64,000 bases of DNA from Antechinus flavipes (taxonomy: Eukaryota), in NCBI RefSeq assembly GCF_016432865.1, contig NC_067403.1, forward strand, positions 200,012,001 through 200,076,000, written 5' to 3'. The notes beneath the pieces are model-generated. The model was not told the origin of the DNA and did no database searches. It saw nothing but the letters and a program-made list of their open reading frames with translations. How positions within the stretch are numbered: position 1 is the first letter of the stretch; the number at the start of each line of letters is the position of its first letter. The position numbers and the translations under genes were made by a program. Shown here one piece after another: positions 55,100-64,000 of the stretch.

Positions 55100-58000
55100 A
55101 TGTCGCGAACGTCCAGGTCTGGGGGGTTTTTGCCCCCACTGTGGCCTGCGCCCCCGGGGGAGCCAGGTGAGCATGTCGCTGGGCGCGGTCGGGGGAGGAG
55201 TCTGTAAGCTCGGCCTTTGGGGCGGAGCGTCGTGGTTCGGCGGAAGGGTCAGGCTGGTGCGCTGGCTGCGTTTCAGGTGGTGTTTGGCAGGACAGCAAAT
55301 TCGAGCCGGGACCGTTGTGGCCGCCCCGAAGTCAACCGTGGTGGACCCGGGCCCTTAAGGGGCAGGATGGGACGGTCCGGGAAGGAGAAGAGGCGGACTG
55401 GTCCGGCAGGGGAGCAAGGCGGTCTTCCTTCTCCGGACCCGGCTTGCCCGTGGCCCTGCAGCGGCTCCGGGCCGTCCTGCTGCGGCTGCAGAGAGAGCGC
55501 GAGGAGCTGCTGGTGGCCCGGGACTGCGCCCGCTCTCTGCAGAATGTGCTGGGCTTCCTGCGGGCCCCGCGGCCCCTGGCCGCCCTGGCCCCGCTCTGCT
55601 GGGAGCTGTTTCCACACAGCCCCCATGGCCCCTCCCTGTGCCTTCGGGCCCCCGGGGACCCCCAGTTTCTGCCTCTGGCACGGCCCCTGGCTCTAGCCGT
55701 GATGAGACTGGACATGGCCGTGGAAGAGCAGCTGAAGAGCCTGGGCCAGGCTTCCCCCAGCCCCGCCCTGGTGCCCCAGATCAGCGAGCTGCTCCAGCTT
55801 CTCCCCGTCTACCACCAGATGCTGGCCGTGGCCGTCGGGGGCATCCCCAGAGCAGCCCAGCCCTTCCCGCCTAGCCGGGTACTCAAACTATTGGCCCGGG
55901 AACGGGGCCGACAAGGGGCAGAGAGGCTCTGGATGGCCCTGCAGGAATCCAAGCTGCGCACTCAGCTGCACACGCTTTGTCGGGAAGAGCGGGAGCTGCT
56001 CCCTGGGTTGCTGGGCCTGCTGGGAGACACAGGGGCTCCGGGGAGTGGTTCTCGGGGCTTGGGAGGGTCCCGGCAGCTGTGGGGCCAGTATTGGAGTCTC
56101 TTCTGGGTAGCATGTGCTCAGAACCTTGGTCGGAGACTGGGCCCTTGGGAAGACACTCAGAAGGCTGTGCAGGAGCTGAGACAGGCACTGAATCAGGGTA
56201 AGGGACTGGGAGACCTGTTGTTTAAAAGCTTTGGAGAGAAGAACTGTGGTTCTTGCCCATATGGAATCTGATGTCATTACCTGAGGGCCACAATCCCCTT
56301 CTCGCCGATAGCATTACCTGAGGGAAGTTGTGCTGGGTGGGAGAAGGCCTCTCTTCCATTTGTGTGATTTATGAGACCCGGGTTTGGATGGCCACCTCTT
56401 TTCCCTTCCTACAGCGTCCTTGCCCCAGGAATGTGAGAAGGAACTGGCTTCCCTGTGCCACTATCTGCTTCGACAGACACTGACCTGGACATGGGACCAA
56501 GGTGAGGTAGGGGAGATGTTATTGAGCTCTAAGGCAATGAAATCACCCACATTCCCACACTGGTTCTTCCTCCCTCTCTCCTAGGCTTCTGTCGAGCCTT
56601 GGGATCTGTTCGTGGAGACCGTGGGATCGTGTCCATGTCCTGGGATGGCAGTCCCTGCATGCATACTACTGATCTCCTCCGACAGCTCTTTCCTCTACTC
56701 ATCTCTGCCCATAGAGAACCAGGATCTGCTTCCTGCCAGTTTCCAGGTGATGGCAGGGCTTTGGGGGTGATGGGATACCAGGCCTTTCCCCTTAAGTTCT
56801 GTTTTTAGGATTGCTTCTCTGATACTTTGTCTCTTTCATCCTTGACCCAGGGCCAGGACCACCACCCCTAGTCCTTGGGCTTTGCACTCTTCAGGCCACC
56901 ACCCTCTGGCTCCTTGGCAAATGTCAGCAGTATCTGGCCTCATGGGCCCCTGGACCCCTTCTGCTGCTGACCCAGAGGGAACTGCCTGTGAGTATCTCCT
57001 GTTCTGGGCAAGGAGGGGAGAAGGGACTGCTTAGGTCTCTCTGAGACATGAGGAGAACAATGAAGGCAGAGAATGTGTGTGTATATGACCAAGAGTCCTT
57101 GGCAGGGAAAAGTAGTGCAAGTGACTTTGAGGATTTGAGTGTGGTAGAGTGTCATCATCTCTGAATAGTGCTCTGGGAAAGGGGCAGTCTTGGAGATAGA
57201 GGGATTTTGAAAAGGTATGACCAAAGAGAATTTTACTGTGTTGTTTGAGATCTGAGCTTGTTATTTCTATGAATGTTTCCCAAAGGAAGTCACTCAAAGT
57301 GTGAGAATGGGTAGATTGTGGTAGGGACAGGTAAACTGAAGGTCTAGTTTGGACTCTTAATCTTTGTGCTTTCTCCAAAGCTTCTCCTGTGTGAGGCAGA
57401 GGCCCTGGCAGCCTTGGTTTCTGAAGGAGCATCTGTACTGGAGATGAACTGGCAGCTGGGAAAAGAAATTCGGAGATTGATAGCTCAGATCCAGGTGAGA
57501 GGATTAAAGAGTAATTGGGGAAGAGGGGGATGTAATTGTGAAAACAAAACTGGATTGATAACAGTAGTACTTTTGGAGACTGGGATGGGACTGCCTTCTG
57601 AAGGTTAGGATTCCTGTTGATCTTCCTTAAGCTGGTGAATTCCATAGATTAGTGCTAAGTACAGAGCAGATGACTGGGAAAATAACATTCTGCCAGGAAC
57701 AAAATAGAGGAAGCTAAAATATAGGTGGTTTTTTGGAGATGAACCTGGTTAAGACACTATATTTGAGATAATACTAGGATCAGAGAATCTTAAAGCTAGA
57801 AAGAATTTTACTGATAGGAAAATTGAAACACATGGAGAAGGGACTTGTCCTATGCATAGCCCATGAGTGGTAGTTCTGGGACTGGAACTCAGATCTCCTT
57901 GCCATCAGTCCTATATTCTTTATGTTAAACTTCATTGTCAAAAGGGAACTTGGAGATGACTAGACTGGAACTTGTGAGACAAGTCAGGGCTGGGATTTCT

Positions 58001-60173
58001 CCACAGAATAGACAGTTGAGAACAAAGCCTTCCAATTCCCTGTATGTAGAGCAGGAGCCATGAAAATACCCAGAGATTGAGAAGAAAGAGAAGAGGGAAG
58101 CTGGGACAGGAGGATCTCTGGGGCCTGTCATGTGGCAATTGTTGGGGAAGCCTTAGGGGAGGAACCAGGGGCTTGTGGGAACCCCAGGGAGCAATCTGAG
58201 TAATGTACAGTCTGGTGAAAGTAGAGGCTCCAGGAGACAAGCACAAGTGTAGGAAGTGACATTATCTGAGAAAATCATCGGTGTTTCTGGCCCACTGCTT
58301 GAAATAGAAGATGAACCCTTGGCTAAGGACAAGCTACTTAGTGACAGCTGGCAGAAAGAGATGCTTGGATTCGGTTTGCTCATTTACATTTGTGTATTTG
58401 TCCACATGGTTATGCACATACGGGTGCACACACCCATATTCTAGTTCTTTTCTTCAGTTCATGTTAGTCTTCCCATGTTTCTTTGACTTCTTCACGGGGT
58501 CACTGTTTTTCAGGTATCGAGTTCATTTCTTCATTTACCAATAAACGAGTACCCACCTTGTTGTCAGTTGTTGTCCATCAAGATAGTGCTGCTGCCACTT
58601 TCTGTCATTGTCATCCCTGAGATGAGTGCTCAGTGGTGGTGACTCCATGGACCCTAGGGGAGGGACAGTTTCATTAATTGCTCCTCATAAAACTCCAGGA
58701 TCTCTCCAGAATATTTGAGGGAGTTCTTTGTCAGGCCTTTTATGCCTCTTTCTGCTTGTTCCTGGTGTCAATGCTTTTTTCTATCTGGAAATTAATTTCA
58801 GAGATTTGGGGCAAAGAAAGGGAAGCAGAACTGTGTAAGCTTGAGCTAGGGCAGAGCCCAGTGCAAACTCTTTTCTCTCACCCTCTCAGGTCCTGCCTGA
58901 GAAGTATCTGTGTCTCTTCTCCCGAGAATGTTGGCGACAAGCAGCTAAGGGTTTCCAGCTTCACATGCCCCAGGGTCGTCACTGGAAGCTCAGGCTTCGA
59001 TCTGGTAACTCCTCACCCTCAATTCCCAATGGGCCTAGAGTTCACTCTCCTTGGTTCCCTCAAACAGTCCTTCAGTAAGCTTACAACTCAGTCTCTTTGT
59101 CCCTGTGCCCTTCTTTCCCCATTCTCCTTATGTCCCCATGGTTCTCCCCAGAGAGAGGTTTCTGAACTTTGCTTTCTGCCCTCCCCCAGAACTTCCCAGC
59201 ATCCCCAGTGACTATGCAGAGTTGGTAGTGGGAGCTGTTCTGGGACCTGTGCTGCAGGGGGTACAGGGATTGTCTCCCCAGGCCCAAGGGCCCCCACTTA
59301 CAGAGGCCTTAACTGCACTTCTTGATGCCTGGCTCAACCACATTCTCACACAGAAGATACGGTTCAGGTAGGCCTGGAATGGGAAAGAAGAGGAAATATC
59401 TGTGGAAAGGCCTCAGGATGGAGAAAGGAGATGGGCTAGGAAGAATGAGAATTGGGTCTGGGGGCTGACCGTGCTCTGAATCTCAGCCTGCAGGGAGCAT
59501 TGCAGCTGAGGCAGGATTTTGCATTGGTTCGGAGTTTGCTAGAAGAGGAGCAATGGGGTCTATCCCCTGAACTTCGTCAGGCTTTGCTCACACTCAGCAT
59601 CTTCCAGCGGGCAGATGGGGCCCTGTTGTGTCTGCTGCAGCAGCCAATGCCGAGGAACCGTACCTATGGAGGGTCTCCATGTTGCTGTAAGTCTTTCTTA
59701 CCATCATCTTCCCATAAGCATTCATGTATGTATGTGACCCACTTGCTATCCCAGGACAACAACCCATTATAATGGACCTCCAAGTTCTATCTGTAACCTC
59801 TGGAGCCATCAAGGTGTTTGCTAGCTTTCTGTTCTATTGTGTATACAAACTTACCAGTCACCCCCACACTCATCTACTGACCTATTTTTCATTCTACCTT
59901 CTAATCTCACTAGGTACCTGTAACAAGATCCAGATCCCTGAACTACCCAGTAGCAGCCTCAACAGCCTAGAGAACCTAGAACCGCCTTCCCTTCGTCCTG
60001 GAGTTACTTTTGTCCAAACGGCTCAGCTTCTCAGCAATCTTCGGGGTGGAGGACCCAACCCCGAGGCTTACCTGGCAGGCAACCAGCAGGCTTGGCTGGC
60101 CCTTCGGCAGCACCGATCCCCACGATGGCATCTGCCTGGCTTTCTTTGCATGAGAACTACTCCTGAACCCTGA
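55100..60173 (+). CDS. CCDC142: Coiled-coil domain-containing protein 142, about 746 aa
   Basis: Exons 55100-55166, 55277-56197, 56415-56501, 56585-56746, 56851-56987, 57381-57494, 58890-59004, 59190-59367, 59487-59686, 59914-60173 (2241 nt, open). MSRTSRSGGFLPPL, ALQRLRAVLLRL, SLPQECEKELASLCH, LQGALQLRQDF, GNQQAWLALRQH. The first intron is inferred (see findings). Confidence 0.92.
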
Positions 60174-61439
60174 TAACAGAATGTGAAAGCTGGGAAAATA
60201 GAGGCCAGAACAACAAGCCCAAAGAAGCCTAGAATTCTTTAGACACTAGGGTCTCAGCCAAGTCTGGAATCAAAGTGAGAGGCATCTAGAAGAGCTCACT
60301 CCCTTGGAATCAGCATAAGCCCAGGGTTTGCAGCTATATAACAAGAGCCTGGAACCCAAAAATGTACAAGGTTGGAGACCCTGCTCCCAAGAACACTGGG
60401 GCCCAAAACTACAAATTCAAAGAAATTGGAGCCCAGGAAGTCTGGACTTTTGTATAGGTCTAAAGGTTGAGAATCTCATGCCCTAGACTAAACATAAGTA
60501 ACTGCAGCAACGCAGGGAAGGAACCAAGAAGTTCTGCATGTGTAAGTGCTGAGAGCTGCCCCCATCTTCTAACTCTTTGCCCTGCATACTCAGGGCTGAT
60601 GTGCTCGGAATTAACTTGACAAAACTAGTCCTCCTCCCCCAGCCACAAACCAGGCCCTAATTTTCACATGTCAGGAAGCATTTATTAAGCACTTAGTCAT
60701 GCATGGTCTTGTACTAGGTTACCAGGGAGAGATGAGGAATGGAATGGGGGTCCTGTTTTCCACTGGCTCACAGACTGTTAGGGAAGAGAAAGGAATGGAT
60801 CCAGACAGTACAGCAGTAAGGAAATCCAAGGACTTAGAGTTGAGAACTTGAGATCTTGACTGCTGTCCACTTGTCTCTTGTCAGCACTCCACAAGTTACT
60901 TCATCTTCCAGGCCTCGGTTTCCTTATCTATAACTGGGCAATTGGACAGGTTATTCAGGTGGTTTCCTGTGCTTAAGCCTAATGCAGCTAGAATGAAAGT
61001 GAGATGCCTTCCAGTTGAGTGGATAAGGAAAGGGATTTAAACTGGGCTGTTAAGTATGCAGAAGATTTCTGCAGCTCCTTCTGGAAATGGGGATGATGGG
61101 AGCGTCCCTGGGGTGTGGAGGGGGGCACTTGGCACTGTAGGCAGCATCCAGGGTCTGCACAAGATTTGATGCCCTGATAGTTTGGACTTTGTCCACAGAT
61201 CTTGGGCAGAAACTGGACACAATGGAACCAAGGCTTAAAGACAGATCCATCTAGTAGCATCTTGAGGATGTGCAACAGTGCAGGCGGGAAGAGTGGCTGC
61301 CTCTGCCAAAGCGGTGGGAGCTCAAAGAGAAGTCGGTGGCTGAGGGCTGGATAGGAGGAAGGTACGATCAGTTGGCCCGGGGGACGTGGGGCTGCCCCCA
61401 AACCTTGGAGAAAAGCAAACTCGCCTTGGATTTAAGAGG

Positions 61440-61620
61440 TCACAGGACCCAATACAGCGCGGAGGCGGCCCCTGGCGGCGGCTGCCTGCCTCTGCCGCCT
61501 CAGCTCTCTTCCGGGAGGTTTGGAGGGCGCTGGGGCGGACTCGCGACTCCGCCCTTTTACGGGCCTGGCGCGGACTACATTTCCCGGCATGCCGGGGCTG
61601 CGGCACTTCTAGAGGGCGAC
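61440..61620 (+). promoter_or_regulatory. MRPL53 promoter
   Basis: CpG-rich, with a near-perfect ZNF143/THAP11 SBS GGACTACATTTCCCGGCATGC at 61572-61592 and GC boxes (GGGCGG, CCGCCC). Confidence 0.75.
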
Positions 61621-62108
61621 ATGGCCGGGGCTGCGGGGAGGAAGCTGGGGCTGCAGGCGGTTAAGCGAGTGTTGGTTCGTTTCTGCCCCTTTGAGAGCAA
61701 CGTGGAGGCGACGAGGTAACGGGACACTCCTGATCCCTACCCTGCTCGCTCTTCCTGGTAAGCGCTCACTCCTCTTGCCTTTTTTCCTCTTAGGCAGTTC
61801 CTCCAAGCAGTGAGCAGCGAGAAGGTGCGCGCCTCCAACCTCAACTGCACCGTGCAGGTGGACGTGCGGCACGACGGCTCCGAGCCCTCCGTGGACGTGC
61901 TTTTCGGTGCGTCCGAGCCCCGGCCCCCCTCTCCCCAAACTCGCCCCCGGCTTCTTAAACTTCCCGCTTGACCGCCGTTTTAACTTCTCCAGGAGACGGA
62001 GACCGGCTGATCCTTCGCGGCGCCCACCTCACAGCGCAGGAGATGCTCGCAGCCTTCAGTTCTCGAGTCCTGGCCAAGAGCACCACCTCTTCCGGGCAGA
62101 AGGGCTGA
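61621..62108 (+). CDS. MRPL53: Mitochondrial ribosomal protein L53, 107 aa
   Basis: Exons 61621-61715, 61794-61906, 61993-62108 (324 nt). [76 protein letters not shown] at 62156-62161. Confidence 0.97.
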
Positions 62109-62249
62109 GGGTCTTGGCGTCCGGGGAGATGGGGGCATGGGCTAGGGAAGGAGCAAATAAAAGTGAGCCATTGCGATCTGCGCCTGTACCCTTGTGTCTG
62201 TCTGGGTTACGGAATGAGAGAGGCAAAAGACGCTGCGGACCTTGAGGAG

Positions 62250-62374
62250 GTCTGCACGCGAGCCGGTGGGCGGGGCAACGCGCCACTTCCGTTTACTGAG
62301 CTCGAAGACTTCGGTCTTCCTGGCTGCAGGTGTGTGGCGGTCTCCTGAGCCGTCTGGTGGCCTCGGTGCCCAGG
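62250..62374 (+). promoter_or_regulatory. MOGS promoter, immediately downstream of the MRPL53 poly(A) signal
   Basis: GC box GTGGGCGGGGC and ETS site CCACTTCCG (62283-62291), about 110-130 bp after AATAAA 62156. Confidence 0.65.
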
Positions 62375-64000
62375 ATGGCAAGGGGAGAACGCAAGCGCCG
62401 GGCGGGTCCTCCCGCGGAAGCCCCCGGGCCGCGAGCTCCGGACAAGGCCGGCAGGAGGCGGGAGGGCCGGTTTGGGGTGGGGCCAGGCTCGGGGCCCCGG
62501 CGTGGGCCTGGAGGTCGCGGCGCTGGGAGCCAGGGGCCGGGGACCGCGGCTCTGGCCGCCCTGGGCCTGGCGCTGGCGCTGGGTCTTGGCCTGGGCCTGT
62601 CCTGGCGCGGAATCGTGGCGTGGCAGCGGGCGAGGCGCGCCGTAACCCTGCACCCGGCGCCTCCCGCGCTGCCGCCCAACAGCTCCAGCGCCGCGGCCGC
62701 CCCGGACCTTTTCTGGGGCACTTACCGGCCACACGTCTACTTCGGCATGAAGACCCGCAGCCCGCGCGCGCCCGTCACGGGTAATCCCGGGGGACTGGGC
62801 GGGCGGGAGGACTGGGCGAGGGAGGGACGAAGGACGGCAGCTGATCTCGCCTGCCTCCCCCCGAATCCCCAGGCCTGATGTGGCTGCAGCAAGGGACCCC
62901 CCCAGGAATGCCGGGCCAGCTCCGGCACACGTGTGAGCAGGGAGACGGGATGGGCCCCTACGGCTGGGAGCTGCACGATGGGGTCAGCTTCGGGCGGCAG
63001 CGGCTGCACGACGGACCCCTACTGCTCACCACCGAGTTTGTGAAGAGGCCGGGCGGAAGCCACGGCGGGGACTGGAGCTGGAGGATCACGGCTGAGCCCC
63101 AGGTCAGACCCCTCCCCTTCTGGGACCGCCGCAGATTGGGTGTGAAACGCGTCCCCGGGGGTTCTACCGCATCTCCTTGCCTCCCCCCCAGCACCCCCAC
63201 TGCATTAATGCGTTAAAACACGAGGTCCCAGTAGAAATCAGAAACAGGACCATTTCCCTTAGTTTTCCCATTTAAAGCAAGGGGGGTGGTGAGAAGCTGC
63301 TTAGGGCTTGCAGCTGTGATGCCTTTTTCCACATCTCGTTCCCAATTTCCACCTTTTCAGACTCGAGAGAGCCCTGTGCTACCTCTGCTCTCTTTGTTCT
63401 TCTACGTGGCCACTGACGGACAGGGCACATTGAGGCCAGAGCCCGGGACAGGGGGGCAGCTGAATGGCATTGATGGCCACACGGAGGAGCTTGGTGACTT
63501 CCGCCTCATCCTTCTTCCCCCTACCAATGTCAAAGGGACAGCCTTGAAACATGGCAGGTAATGGCAATGCAGGATTTGGTCTCCAGCTCCCTTGGGGATC
63601 CTGGTCCATTTTTCTGTCCCGTCCCTTCATGTCAACCTGCCTTCTAATGTTTTCCTCTCCTCTGCCCTATCTTTCTCCCCTATCCTCTTGTCCTTTTCAG
63701 TTTCTCTTCTTCCCAACTGACTTTTTCCTTGTTTTCCATAGCTACAACAGTCTCTGGATGCCCAGCCCAGGGTTGCATTTGTTGACGGAAGCTGTGAAGA
63801 ATCGGCTAAATCGATGGTTTCAGCACCGCCCCCCTGGTGGTTCTCCAGAGCGATATCTGGGCTTGCCTGGATCCCCTCAGTGGGAAGGGGAAAGCCTGAA
63901 ATCAGGCCATTCAGCACAAGGACAGATTGTGGTCCAGCAGCTGACGCTAAAGCCACCCTTCCGAGTTGAGCTGGTTTTTGAATCAGGAAGCGTGGGCTGG
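62375..64000 (+). CDS. MOGS: Mannosyl-oligosaccharide glucosidase (ER glucosidase I, GH63); runs off the window
   Basis: Exons 62375-62780, 62873-63102, 63361-63557, 63742->64000. N-terminal Arg motif MARGERKRR, type II TM segment ([19 protein letters not shown]), [56 protein letters not shown]. Confidence 0.97.

Noticed and set aside
56950-56987. Suspected frameshift in CCDC142 exon 5
   Set aside because: On recount the frame is intact: GGA CCC CTT CTG CTG CTG ACC.

Overview
This is eukaryotic, intron-containing DNA from a marsupial, inferred from MAR1/WSINE1-type CORE-SINEs, abundant L2/MIR/L3 and no Alu/B1-like elements. It is a gene-dense block with the order and orientation I recall for human 2p13.1: HTRA2(-, partial), AUP1(+), DQX1(+), TLX2(-), PCGF1(+), LBX2(+), TTC31(-), CCDC142(+), MRPL53(+), MOGS(+, partial). 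I rebuilt the exons by hand from GT/AG sites and phase arithmetic. HTRA2, AUP1, TLX2, PCGF1, LBX2, MRPL53 and MOGS read cleanly. DQX1 has one apparent single-base deletion and TTC31 has three, all in short homopolymer runs, so they are either assembly errors or real gene decay. CCDC142 needs either an extra 110-nt intron or one more such deletion. The most novel-looking signal is a phase-compatible chain of unexplained minus-strand exons between LBX2 and TTC31 (44689-44729, 41915-41998, terminal exon from 41683, AATAAA at 41430-41435). Other points of interest are an orphan NF-Y/E-box promoter between DQX1 and TLX2, homeodomain/PBX motif clusters around TLX2 and LBX2, a solo LTR with intact target-site duplication nested in an L3, and a 205-N gap. 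Comparisons with human proteins are from memory and no database searches were run. Most ORFs in the supplied track are GC-rich shadow frames.
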